A stretch of DNA of 38,845 nucleotides from a bacterium (GTDB lineage Bacteria > UBP15 > UBA6099 > JAJRTR01). The position numbers and the translations under genes were made by a program. This document shows positions 1-9,599 of the stretch, piece after piece. Numbering within the stretch: position 1 is the stretch's first letter; the number at the start of each line of letters is the position of its first letter. The stretch spans positions 62,001 through 100,845 of the forward strand of contig JAJRTR010000182.1 in NCBI GenBank assembly GCA_024278215.1. Reading direction: 5' to 3'. The notes beneath the pieces are model-generated. The model saw only the letters and a list, made by a program, of their open reading frames with translations, was not told the DNA's origin and did not search any database.

Positions 1-183
1 ACCCAGCGTAATGCAGAATTCACGCAGAAGTTTTGTCAGGCTGCTGCCCACCATAGATTCATTCACAGGAAGGTACACAGCCAGTGTGTTGTCTTCATCG
101 GCAGCGCGCGCGGTTGCGGCGTGAAGCGCAACGGCGGCAAGTATGACAAAAATAAATCCGGCTGATAATCGCAGTTTCGACAT
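1..183 (-). CDS. 5' part of a secreted protein (runs off the window)
   Basis: ATG at 183 preceded by AGAGGTG; translates MSKLRLSAGFIFVILAAVALHAATARAADED..., a Sec signal peptide with A-R-A cleavage site. Confidence 0.7.
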   Translation of the reverse strand, partial: MSKLRLSAGFIFVILAAVALHAATARAADEDNTLAVYLPVNESMVGSSLTKLLREFCITLG

Positions 184-355
184 GGGGCTCACCTCTCTGC
201 AACAATTGTATTACGAAAAACCACAGCACTGCAAGCGAAATATCGCAGTATCGTGAATTCACGCTTGGAGACAAAAAAACATCCCGCCCGGAGATGCCTG
301 TATTTTATGAATAAATGATAATATTTCTGTTTATCTTACATCGCCGATTACAAAA

Positions 356-583
356 TCATCTTGCCATCAGGCTGAGTTGTCTGTTGAGTGCCGAGTTGAG
401 GGTGCGCACTCTGGATTCGAGTTCACGTGCCATTGCGAGTTCCGGCAGCGCATTCGTTCTTGACGGTTTCGGGATAGACGGACATTGTGTTGCCGAACGT
501 GTGTGCACGGCATCGACCGGGGTATATATGATGTGTGCTCTTGCGGGTTTGTAGGTTATTTTATCGTAAAGAAATGTTGACAT
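356..583 (-). CDS. small hypothetical protein (75 aa)
   Basis: GGGAGG Shine-Dalgarno 5 nt before ATG; no recognised motif. Confidence 0.5.
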   Translation of the reverse strand: MSTFLYDKITYKPARAHIIYTPVDAVHTRSATQCPSIPKPSRTNALPELAMARELESRVRTLNSALNRQLSLMAR

Positions 584-723
584 TTTTTCCTCCCTGATCT
601 TCAGCCGCGAAAACGTCCATGTTTCCTATATTTATATTTATCGGACGAATCGGGTGGAACTTTAACATTTTTTGTGATATTGATAATTCGATTGAAGATT
701 ATGCGGAAAAAAAGAAAATTATT

Positions 724-902
724 GGGCAAATTACAAAATTATGTTCGAAGCGAGGTCGAACGAAATTTTTCATAAGCAAGGCGGAGGTGCAAAATCCCCG
801 CAGGCGTACTCGCCGAGTACGTTGAGGATGATTTTGTGCCGACAACGCAGCTATGGGCAATTGCAGTCGACCGCAGCCAAATCATAATTTTGCAATTGGC
901 TC
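724..902. mobile_element. MITE family A, full-length copy with degenerate left TIR
   Basis: Aligns along its length with 7600-7777; right TIR CATAATTTTGCAATTGGCTC; flanked by TATT/TATT 4-bp duplication (720-723, 903-906). Confidence 0.85.
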
Positions 903-995
903 TATTGTAAAAACAGCATTTATTTATATATCAGGGTTCATTTATCACAGTTTTTTGACGAAAACTAATATAAGAAAGCGTCAGAGAAAACGGTA

Positions 996-1193
996 TTGGA
1001 CATGTGGATTGAAGAAGAAACAGAAAAGTGTGAATCGCGCAAGCAGCGGGATTATGTGCGCGACATGAACGATCTGATCAATGCCGAACGTGAGCGTGTC
1101 CTGAGGATTATGAAAAGAATCGACAAGTCGATGGAAGCCGTCCGGAAGACTCAGCGAATCACCGGAAAGAACACTCCGGAGAGCGATAGATAA
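996..1193 (+). CDS. short charged helical ORF, possibly a gene remnant
   Basis: Protein-like charged composition, but weak start and no clear RBS; lies just downstream of a MITE. Confidence 0.3.
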   Translation: MDMWIEEETEKCESRKQRDYVRDMNDLINAERERVLRIMKRIDKSMEAVRKTQRITGKNTPESDR

Positions 1194-1647
1194 TTCATTG
1201 ATTCTCCGCAATACTACTATTTCAATGCTCCGGACTGAAGTCCGAGGTATCTATTGGTGTCGTTCCTGCGAAGGAGGAATCCAGTTTCTTTTTGCGGGAC
1301 CCGGGAGCCCGATCTACAGTTTTGTCAGTACTGATGGGCGTGCCCAAACAAAAACGGTTTGAGCACGGCACACATGGTTTGATTCGTGTGTAATCAGTCC
1401 CAATACTGTTCAGTTAGGACTCAATAATGCACAAAAAACCAGTATTTATCAAGATATTCGTTGTATCTGTGCCCTTAACTTAACGGTATTGTAATTAGCC
1501 CGCATATTTCACAAATGCGGGTTCAAAAACAGGAAGAATGCCTGTAATACAAGGCGCGGCAAGTGAGTGGTGAGGGAATTCTTGCAGAATATCTGAATTT
1601 GCACAAGTTCAGATACAGGAAACACGCACTCAAAACGGAGCCGCCTG

Positions 1648-2442
1648 TTATTTCTGTTGTATATACGGCTTTTCGCCCAGGTTCTCGAACCAGTTGGGCG
1701 GGAATTCTTCGGTAAATACCGAAGGGGCAAGCGGTATATTGAACCTGTAGTTTGTATAGGTGGACAAGTTGATAAATGTGTATGGGAGTTTGCTGACTTT
1801 TGTTTTCCACTTCGAACTGACAGGAAACCAGTAGTCGTTCATTTTTTCATAGTCGATTACGCCGTTTATCGAGACTTTCATATCTGACGAATTAACCAGC
1901 CCAAGGAACTTAAGAACAATGTACCGCTCTTTGTCTATATACCAGGTCATTGGAAAAATGATCTTGTTTTCCACACTTTTAGGTATCAGGGTGACGCGGA
2001 AACAGTCGATGCCTTTGAAGACCTTGTCCGGGCCTCTTTCGACATTATAGGAATTGAAGACTTTGTCGGTCCAGCCGTGATCCATGGCGATTGCGCCCGG
2101 CTCGTTGGGGCTGCCTGCCCAGTAATTGTCCTCGGTCTTCGACAACAGTTTGTAGCCGTGCTTGCCGGGTGCCTGATAGAAGTAGCGCATTTTCAGTGTC
2201 GTGCCGTTTCCCATGCTGAGCGGCATAGTACCGGGCGAATCCGTGCCGCGCGTCATTTCGTATGTGTGCACCCTCAGTTCGTCGTAGCTCATCGTTTTTA
2301 TGTCCTGCGCGATGAACCGTCTCTGGATTTCATTTATTATGTCTGCTCCGGTGAGTTCCTGTTTTTCGACCGCCGCGGCTGCTGCGGCAAGGCGACCGAA
2401 CAGCATCGCCGCGATCATAATAAGCAGAATTCTCGTTTTCAT
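1648..2442 (-). CDS. exported protein, probably LolA-like / outer-membrane lipoprotein-sorting fold
   Basis: GGGGAGG RBS before ATG 2442; signal peptide MKTRILLIMIAAMLFG..AAA; pattern C-x-x-V-x-L-x-P-K, W-Y-I-D-K-E, YEKMNDYWFP and Y-R-F-N-x-x-L-x-x-x-x-F typical of LolA-like proteins. Confidence 0.7.
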   Translation of the reverse strand: MKTRILLIMIAAMLFGRLAAAAAAVEKQELTGADIINEIQRRFIAQDIKTMSYDELRVHTYEMTRGTDSPGTMPLSMGNGTTLKMRYFYQAPGKHGYKLLSKTEDNYWAGSPNEPGAIAMDHGWTDKVFNSYNVERGPDKVFKGIDCFRVTLIPKSVENKIIFPMTWYIDKERYIVLKFLGLVNSSDMKVSINGVIDYEKMNDYWFPVSSKWKTKVSKLPYTFINLSTYTNYRFNIPLAPSVFTEEFPPNWFENLGEKPYIQQK

Positions 2443-2565
2443 GTTTTGCCTCCCCTGAAACATATATGTCATTTTCATTGTGTTTCCCTACACCCGCAAC
2501 AATATATTCTACCACTCATTTCATGAAACTGTTTACTGCCGGAACATAATAGTGTGTTTAACATA

Positions 2566-4074
2566 TCATTTATTCTTATTCTTTTCGCGGCGCAGGCGGA
2601 CCACAAGCATGAATGCTTCCTCGATAATGTTCATAGACATTTTCGATTCGCCGTATCTCCTGTCGAGAAAACGGATCGGCACTTCAGCAATCCGCAACCC
2701 GGCCTGGTACGCCCTGAACGTCATCACTATCAGGTATCCGTATCCTTTCGCGGATATGGAATCAAGACCAAGCTTGTCGACCTCGCTGAGACGGATGCAC
2801 CTGTAGCCTGTCGTCAGGTCGGAAACCGGCACGCCGAGCACAGTTTTCGCGAACGTGTTGCCGCCGAAACTCAGCAGCCGGCGGTGAACGCCCCAGTTGA
2901 TTGTCCCGCCGCCCGGCACATAGCGCGCGCCCACGACATAGTCGGCCTCCTGTGCCGCCCTTATCATCTGCGGCAGCGTCACGGGATCGTGCGATAAGTC
3001 GGCGTCCATATTTATCACGAAATCGAAGCCCTGCCCCTTCGCCCATTTGATGCCTTCCGTTATGGCGGTGCCCAGTCCGAGCTTGCTGCCGCGGCTCAGC
3101 AGGTGCAGGTTCGGGAGTTCACCTTGCAGCGCGCGTACGGCATCGCCTGTGCCGTCGGGTGACGAGTCGTCCACAACCAGCACGGTGATGTCAGGCAGTA
3201 GCCTGAATATGCGTTTGACAAGCGGTGCGATATTATCTTTTTCGTTGTATGTGCATGTTATTACAGCGACACGCGAGGCGTCCGGCGGCCTGCCGGTATA
3301 TGCGCCGAGAAGTTTAACTTCCGCACGCGCTTGCCGCTGGATACCCCTGAGCGGAAGGTAACTTTTTATCGTCTGTCCTATGCCGAGCTTGCTGCGACCG
3401 ATCTTCTTGTCGTACCTGAGCGTGAAAGGTATCTCCTCGACGCGCTCGCCCGATTCGAGCAGGCGCAGCAGCAGTTCCGCCTGCACGCCACCGCCCTTCG
3501 ACTGCACAATATGCGCACCGTAAATATCCGACGCACGCAACAGCGCCGCCCTCGAATATGCGCGATAGCCGCAGCTTATGTCTTTCACACCCGGCACGGG
3601 CGCGAGCAGGTCCATGAAACTCTTCGCGCCCCGGCTCAGTAGTTTTCGCGGCGCGCTCACTCCCTTTTCTTCGCCGCCCTCGACGAAACGCGAACATATC
3701 GCCAGCCCCGCGCCGCCCCTTATTCTTTCGACAAGCGCCGCGATGTATTCCGGATTATGCGTGTCGTCGGCGTCCATTGTCACCATCACGTCGGCGGCGG
3801 AGTCCGCACGATCGAGGAAGGCGTTTATCCCGGTTTCAATCGCCGCGGCGAGTCCCCTGTTCTCACTGTGCGACACGACTTCCAGAGCGCCCGCTTCCGC
3901 GAGCGCGTGCTCCCGCGACACACGCACCGTCCCGTCGCTGCATCCGTCGTCGACGACAATAACCTTCACCGCATGCTCGTATCCACGCGCAAACGCGGCT
4001 ATCGCATCCAGAAGCGAGGGGAGCGCCCGCTCTTCATTATATGCCGGAAGAACAACGTAGATTGTCATATTCAA
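2566..4074 (-). CDS. glycosyltransferase family 2 with two tandem DPM1-like domains
   Basis: Two copies of the GT2 motif set: PAYNE..VVDDG..MDADDTH..FTLRYDKKIGRSK and CTYNE..VVDDS..MDADLSH..EVPIRFLDRRYGESKM; start 4074 (TTG) or 4068 (ATG). Confidence 0.92.
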   Translation of the reverse strand: MNMTIYVVLPAYNEERALPSLLDAIAAFARGYEHAVKVIVVDDGCSDGTVRVSREHALAEAGALEVVSHSENRGLAAAIETGINAFLDRADSAADVMVTMDADDTHNPEYIAALVERIRGGAGLAICSRFVEGGEEKGVSAPRKLLSRGAKSFMDLLAPVPGVKDISCGYRAYSRAALLRASDIYGAHIVQSKGGGVQAELLLRLLESGERVEEIPFTLRYDKKIGRSKLGIGQTIKSYLPLRGIQRQARAEVKLLGAYTGRPPDASRVAVITCTYNEKDNIAPLVKRIFRLLPDITVLVVDDSSPDGTGDAVRALQGELPNLHLLSRGSKLGLGTAITEGIKWAKGQGFDFVINMDADLSHDPVTLPQMIRAAQEADYVVGARYVPGGGTINWGVHRRLLSFGGNTFAKTVLGVPVSDLTTGYRCIRLSEVDKLGLDSISAKGYGYLIVMTFRAYQAGLRIAEVPIRFLDRRYGESKMSMNIIEEAFMLVVRLRREKNKNK

Positions 4075-4101
4075 GTTCTTTTTTCCCAGGTAGTTACAAT
4101 T

Positions 4102-4698
4102 CTATATAGTTTCCTTTTCGAGCAGCATTTTTTTCAGAGCCCGGAAAGCATTCGCCCTGTGGCTTATGCTGTTCTTTTCTTCCGCCGTGATTTCAGCCAT
4201 AGTCAGACCGCGCTCCGGGAGATAGAAAACCGGGTCGTACCCGAACCCGCCGCCGCCGCGTGGCTCGCGTGTTATGACACCGCGACATTCGCCCTCGACG
4301 GATTCTTCCGAGCCGTCGGGATACCTGACGGCGACAACGCACACAAAGCGCGCTCCCCGCTCCGCTTCGGGCACATCCTCGAGCTCTCCGAGCAGTTTTG
4401 TGTACAGATCGCTCGCCGCCGCGCCTTCACCCGCGTAACGTGCCGAGTGCACTCCCGGCCCGCCACCCAGCGCGTCCACTTCGAGTCCCGAGTCGTCCGC
4501 CACTATTATACCTTCAACCTCGCCCGCCGCCGCACGCACCTTTTTGAACGCGTTCTCCCTGTATGTTTCGCCGTCCTCGACTGCGTCGAAATCTATGATC
4601 ACTCCGAATTCTTTCAGACTTTTTACCTCTATCGGTGCCATGATTGCCGCGATCTCACGCGCTTTATTGTCATTGAACGTCGCCAGTATGATCTCCAT
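4102..4698 (-). CDS. rdgB: non-canonical purine NTP pyrophosphatase (RdgB/HAM1)
   Basis: ADDSGLEVDALGGGPGVHSARYAG, GFGYDPVF, EKNSISHR motifs; AGGAG RBS. Confidence 0.96.
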   Translation of the reverse strand: MEIILATFNDNKAREIAAIMAPIEVKSLKEFGVIIDFDAVEDGETYRENAFKKVRAAAGEVEGIIVADDSGLEVDALGGGPGVHSARYAGEGAAASDLYTKLLGELEDVPEAERGARFVCVVAVRYPDGSEESVEGECRGVITREPRGGGGFGYDPVFYLPERGLTMAEITAEEKNSISHRANAFRALKKMLLEKETI

Positions 4699-4983
4699 AT
4701 TTTTCTCTCCTGTTGCCGGTGTGCTTCAGTACATAACAGCGATTATTGGTGAAAATAGAGCACTGATATTTTTCTGTAAAATAAAAAACAGGGACAGTAT
4801 ATTATGAATATCAAGCGGCGTAACGAAAACCCTTTGAAGCACCTGTTCCCGTGGCCCGCGCCTGGGAACAATGGTGATTTTTTAAACCACATTGGTGAAA
4901 TATGCAGTTATCCATCCACAGGAGCCGCTGATAAATATGTTGGACCTGTGAGCCAATTAATTACTTCGAGTGCGGGCCGGGCG

Positions 4984-5964
4984 TTACTCCATCATCTCGT
5001 CATAAAAGTCAACGAAGTTCGGGTTTTCGACAGTTTCCATCAGTTTCATGGCCGCCCTGGGATGATCGTTGAGAAGACCGGTGATCATGTACGGTATGTC
5101 AAACCCCCATTTCAGTTCGGCTCTCATGGGCTCGACCCATTTCTCAATCGCTTTTATGAGGGGGCGGAGTTTGAACTTGGGATTTCGCAGGAAGCCGATA
5201 AGAAGTTCTGTCTGGCAGTTGCCCGCGCCCCTGCCGAGGCCCGCAAAGCTGCCGTCAGCCATGCTCGCGCCGAAAATCAGCGATTCTGTTGTGTTCGCAA
5301 ACGCAAGCGACTGATTATTGTGCGCGTGAATACCAACATTTTTACGCCACTGCTTCGCGATATCGAGATACTGCGTCGTCAATCTTCGTATCTGCTCCGG
5401 GTAGAGGGAGCCGAAACTGTCGACTATGTATATTGTATTAACCGGGCTTTCCATCAGGGCGTTGAGCGCGTTTCTTATTTCGTTTCCCGAAACTTTCGAT
5501 ACGGCCATAATATTGATTGAAGTCTCATAACCTTTTACATTAGCGTCATTGATCATGTCGATGGCAAGCGGAATCTGGTGTATATATGCCGCGACACGAA
5601 TCAGATCGATAACACTTTCTTCACGCGGAATAATGTCCTCTTTGTAATCGCTCTTTTCGGCATCGGCCATTACTGAAATTTTCAGGTCGGTATCGTTGTC
5701 GCCCACGACTTTTCGGATATCTTCCTCGTCGCAGTGCTTCCAGGGGCCGAATTCCGACTTCGGAAACTGCGTTTTTGAGTTTTTATAGCCCATTTCCATA
5801 TAGTCGATACCCGCTTCGACACATGCGTCATACACAACTTTCACAAAATCATAATCGAATTTGTGGTTGTTCATGAGACCGCCGTCCCGTATCGTGCAGT
5901 CCAGCACTTTTATGTCGGACCTGAATGTCGTAAGATTTCCGATTGCCTGCTCCATGTTATCCAT
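4984..5964 (-). CDS. HMGL-like (DRE-TIM) aldolase, 4-hydroxy-2-oxovalerate aldolase-like
   Basis: LDCTIRDGG, IVDSFGS, GIHAHNN, GLGRGAGN motifs; start placed at ATG 5964 behind GGAGAAAAGGAA. Confidence 0.9.
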   Translation of the reverse strand: MDNMEQAIGNLTTFRSDIKVLDCTIRDGGLMNNHKFDYDFVKVVYDACVEAGIDYMEMGYKNSKTQFPKSEFGPWKHCDEEDIRKVVGDNDTDLKISVMADAEKSDYKEDIIPREESVIDLIRVAAYIHQIPLAIDMINDANVKGYETSINIMAVSKVSGNEIRNALNALMESPVNTIYIVDSFGSLYPEQIRRLTTQYLDIAKQWRKNVGIHAHNNQSLAFANTTESLIFGASMADGSFAGLGRGAGNCQTELLIGFLRNPKFKLRPLIKAIEKWVEPMRAELKWGFDIPYMITGLLNDHPRAAMKLMETVENPNFVDFYDEMME

Positions 5965-6093
5965 TTCCTTTTCTCCCAGTCTCGGTTGCCGGTCTGTGCG
6001 GATACTGTGCCGACCACACGGCAACATCATTGCATATTAAGCGTCTGACATTATAGCACAAACAACGGAAGAAAAGAAAAAATATATTATGAC

Positions 6094-6137
6094 TTGACAT
6101 CATAATTGAACGGACTATAATTATGAACATATTCATA
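6094..6137 (+). promoter_or_regulatory. sigma70 promoter of tetR with overlapping palindromic operator
   Basis: TTGACA 6094-6099, 16 nt spacer, TATAAT 6116-6121; palindrome TATGAACATATTCATA 6122-6137. Confidence 0.75.
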
Positions 6138-6151
6138 TTTAGAGTGGATTC

Positions 6152-6802
6152 ATGGCCGGCTTAAGACAAAAGAAAAAGGAACAGCGGGAACAGCGGATTC
6201 TCGAAGCGGCCCGTTGTCTTTTCATACGGAAGGGATTCGCAGAAACAAGCATCGAGGGTATAGCGGAACATGCGGAGGTAGGTGTCGGCACTGTCTACAA
6301 CTATTTTCGTTCGAAAGATGAACTTCTCATCGCAATAATTGTCCGTGCAACGGACGATGTCATTGACGCCGGAAAGGTGGTTATTGCGGACCCGCCCGCT
6401 GATCCGGTCACAGGATTTACAGCGCTTTTCGATATTTACACGGAATGTTTCACTGAATTCGAGAAGGGCCTTATGCGTGATATGTTCTCCGCATTTTTTC
6501 GTCATGGACAGTTGGTGGACAATGAGCTTGTCGAGCAGGATTTTCGTATTGTGGTGCAGATTTCGCAGCTTATCGAATATTACAGTGCAGAGGGAAAGAT
6601 CGAAAGCGATTTTGCCACCCAGCAGGCCGCGCTCGCGCTTTACGGACAGTTTTTTATGAATTTCCTGATATACGCCGCGACTGATACTATGTCCCTGGAT
6701 GAGGTGAAAATGGCGATGGCAGCGCAGTTGGATATATTTTTTTATGGTTTGCTGTCGCTGGAGATCAAGTGTGGTAAACAGGGGCCGTTTAAAATATTCT
6801 GA
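6152..6802 (+). CDS. TetR/AcrR family transcriptional regulator
   Basis: RILEAARCLFIRKGFAETSIEGIAEHAEVGVGTVYNYFRSKDELL helix-turn-helix. Confidence 0.95.
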   Translation: MAGLRQKKKEQREQRILEAARCLFIRKGFAETSIEGIAEHAEVGVGTVYNYFRSKDELLIAIIVRATDDVIDAGKVVIADPPADPVTGFTALFDIYTECFTEFEKGLMRDMFSAFFRHGQLVDNELVEQDFRIVVQISQLIEYYSAEGKIESDFATQQAALALYGQFFMNFLIYAATDTMSLDEVKMAMAAQLDIFFYGLLSLEIKCGKQGPFKIF

Positions 6803-6903
6803 TTCTGACGCGGTCGTCTGCAACCGGCTCATGAACTGAGACACCGACGGCCTCCCTGCAAAGATAAAAGACGAGGACGCGGAAAAAATCATTAAATGAA
6901 AAA

Positions 6904-7793
6904 TTGACATTCGTCTACGCGCCCGGCGCAACCGCAGCCCTGCCCGGAATGCCCGACAGAGCGCCCGGCTCTCTGCGTGCCGACTGGAACGGCTCCGCTC
7001 TGCTCGCGCGCTACTACGGCAGCCGGCACGGCTGGGACTACTCGATACAGGGCGGTAAAATCTATGGCGGCTACCACTACGGCGGCGGCCTTGTCGGCGA
7101 GGTCGGCCCTTACCAGCTTCGCGTCGAAGCGTCACTTTTCCTTGCGGACGACAGCCCCGCCCTGCCCTACCCTCTCACGGGCAATCTGTTCGACGACTCG
7201 ACAACTGCTGTCTTCGGCATCGGCAGATACTATAAATCTTCGCTCGACCTCGAAGTCGAATATCTCTACAACGGAGCAGGCGACCCGGACGATTACTACA
7301 CCGCATATCTGCGCCGGGCTTATGGCGGCTCGCTCAGCCTCGGGCGGCAAATTATAGGCGTGACGGCAACTTACGAATTTTCGCCGCTGATCAACGGTCG
7401 TCTCGCTGCTCTGCACTCGCTTTCCGACCAGTCGGCACAACTTCAGCCGGTTATCATCCGCTCGCTTACCGACAACTCGGATGCCGTCTTCGGTGCCACG
7501 CTGGATTTCGGACACCGCCCGGCGGCGGACCCGATTACCGGCATACGCCTGCGCAGCGAATTCGGCACTTATCCGAACTATTTCTTTTCACAATATAAAG
7601 AGCCAATTGCAAAATTATGTTCGTAGCGAGGTCGAGCGAAATTGTTCAGAGCAAGGCGGAGGTGTAAAATCCTCGCAGGCGTACTTGTAGAGTACGTCGA
7701 GGACGATTTTGCGCCGACAACGCAGCTATGGACAATAGCAGCCGACCGCAGCAGAATCATAATTTTGCAATTGGCTCTAAAGTCTATTTCTGA
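6904..7793 (+). pseudogene. outer-membrane beta-barrel protein fragment, 5'-truncated and interrupted by a MITE three sense codons before its stop
   Basis: Alternating Gly/aromatic beta-strands; no signal peptide or RBS; removing 7600-7781 restores the ending Q-Y-K-V-Y-F-stop (7782-7793). Confidence 0.7.
7600..7777. mobile_element. MITE family A, intact 178-bp copy
   Basis: Perfect 20-bp TIR GAGCCAATTGCAAAATTATG; TAAA duplicated at 7596-7599 and 7778-7781. Confidence 0.92.
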
Positions 7794-8011
7794 GATTTTT
7801 TTTCTGAAACCGCACCGCTTCTTATGTGCGCGTACCGGCGCGCTACCCCGGATTTCTCGCGATTCCGGCCCGCATTGGTGAAATATGCGGGCTACACGCA
7901 GGCGAATGCCCGGCAGTTCCATCGCTCGCTGTTGCAGTGGTGTGGGGATGTTGGTTTTGTAAAATGCTTCGGCAACGGGAAGTTTCGGTTGCACGATATT
8001 GAGTGTTGCTG

Positions 8012-9391
8012 TCAGACTCTGATCTTTATATCCCTCGTTTTCTCGTCCAGTGGATATTTCAGAAAGATAAAGAACCCGATGAGACCAAGAACGCCTGCGA
8101 TAGGACCGAGCAGACTGACCCCGAGATAGCAGTCCGGACCGCCGCATGTTGCCGAGGGCAGATTCTTTCCGAAATATTCGAACAGAACACCCTGCATACC
8201 CATGGACAAACCGGTCGCGATCTTTTGCAGAAGCCCCTGCATGCCGAAATACATGCCTTCGCGGCGGTGGCCGGAGATTTTTTCGTCATAGTCCGCTATG
8301 TCTGCAAGGATAGCCATGGGCATGACCTGGTTGATGGCTATGGGAATACTGAGCAGTGCCATGATAATGATGCCCGCTACTGTGGGGCTGACCGGCAGGG
8401 GGAAACGCCCCACGAAAAACATCAGTGGCATAATCACTGCCAGCAGCAACAATCCGACCTTGTACAAAAATGCTTTTTCAAACTTTTTTGTGAGCAGATT
8501 GATTACAAGAAACGAAACAGCGATGCCCGGAAAGAGTATGAGATAGACCGTGGTAACAAAACCCTCGGTCTGTCCCATGAGGCGGGTCACGATAAACGGG
8601 ATCGAGGCAGTGATGCACGCGAAACCCAGGTACTGAAAGATCGACGAAGTGATATAGACGCGAAACGCGGGGTTTTTCAGAGTCCAGGAAAACGACTGGA
8701 ACATGCTGTATGACTCTTCCTTCACGGTCGGCGAATGATCGTGCGTTTCCCGCACAGTGAAAGCCGTGATATAGATAAAAACAAACGCCATGCCGCCGGA
8801 AAAAAGCGCCGCATTGAAGTAGCCAAGGTACATTGATGATTTTACGTCGATGAATTTCGGAAGGATCATGCCCTGGAACGCCGTGGCGAGAAGCATGAAC
8901 ACGGCAAGATAAGTTGAAACCTGCACACGTTCGGCGTTGTCGGGAATCAGTTCCGGGTAAAGCGAAAGATACGGTCCCATAACCAGCGTGAAAAATATAT
9001 AAAACAGCCCCATGAGTACAATCGTATAAATGGTGATGGCCAGACTGCCTGCGGGAAATATCGGGTGGAACAGGAGGATGAATGTGAGAATAAGCGGGGG
9101 GGTGGCGAACAGCAGAAAAGGACGGCGACGCCCCCATCGGGAGTGGGTATTGTCGCTCCAGTAGGCCACCAGCGGGTCCGCGATCCCATCCACAAACCGA
9201 CCGAGCATGAATGCGATACCGAATACAGCGGACGATATGTAGACCTCATGCCCCGGGCCTCTGGTGGTATAGAAATACACCAGCCAACCGGTGCATACCA
9301 TGTTCACGATATTGCCGCCGAACTGACCGCTGCAATAAAGCATACTGCGACCGAAACCATAACGCTGATTCTGTGTCTTTGTATTGTTCAT
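8012..9391 (-). CDS. MFS transporter, glycoside-pentoside-hexuronide (MelB-like) family
   Basis: About 12 hydrophobic segments; DGIADPLVAYWSDNTHSRWGRRRPF and ADIADYDE..GHRREGMYFG signatures. Confidence 0.93.
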   Translation of the reverse strand: MNNTKTQNQRYGFGRSMLYCSGQFGGNIVNMVCTGWLVYFYTTRGPGHEVYISSAVFGIAFMLGRFVDGIADPLVAYWSDNTHSRWGRRRPFLLFATPPLILTFILLFHPIFPAGSLAITIYTIVLMGLFYIFFTLVMGPYLSLYPELIPDNAERVQVSTYLAVFMLLATAFQGMILPKFIDVKSSMYLGYFNAALFSGGMAFVFIYITAFTVRETHDHSPTVKEESYSMFQSFSWTLKNPAFRVYITSSIFQYLGFACITASIPFIVTRLMGQTEGFVTTVYLILFPGIAVSFLVINLLTKKFEKAFLYKVGLLLLAVIMPLMFFVGRFPLPVSPTVAGIIIMALLSIPIAINQVMPMAILADIADYDEKISGHRREGMYFGMQGLLQKIATGLSMGMQGVLFEYFGKNLPSATCGGPDCYLGVSLLGPIAGVLGLIGFFIFLKYPLDEKTRDIKIRV

Positions 9392-9531
9392 GAGATTCTG
9401 GTGTTCCTACATTCACCTGTTCAGCATAGCCTCTTGAGGGCGATTTTGCAACGACATGTTATCTATAAAGAAGTAATTGTGAACGCTGGAGCATTCAGTC
9501 GATGAGTTCACAAGATGAACCACAGGAATAC

Positions 9532-9566
9532 TTAGCCCGGATTTCTTTGTGAGAAATCCGGGCTAA
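9532..9566. repeat. palindromic repeat family B, between two co-oriented minus-strand genes
   Basis: TTAGCCCGGATTTCT-TTGTG-AGAAATCCGGGCTAA perfect 15-bp arms; near-identical copy at 16737-16771. Confidence 0.8.
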
Positions 9567-9599
9567 CCCATCTTGCGTCTTTTCTTTGTTGACAGGATA

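Noticed and set aside
3757-5520. Long plus-strand ORFs (331 aa, 238 aa) and similar antisense ORFs across the window
   Set aside because: Shadows of well-supported opposite-strand genes in GC-rich DNA; no motifs or RBS.
7578-8147. ORFs 619-825, 853-1068, 7578-8147, 7642-7881 and 10656-10844 with shared peptides such as HNFAIGS and IAADR
   Set aside because: They are translations of MITE family A copies.
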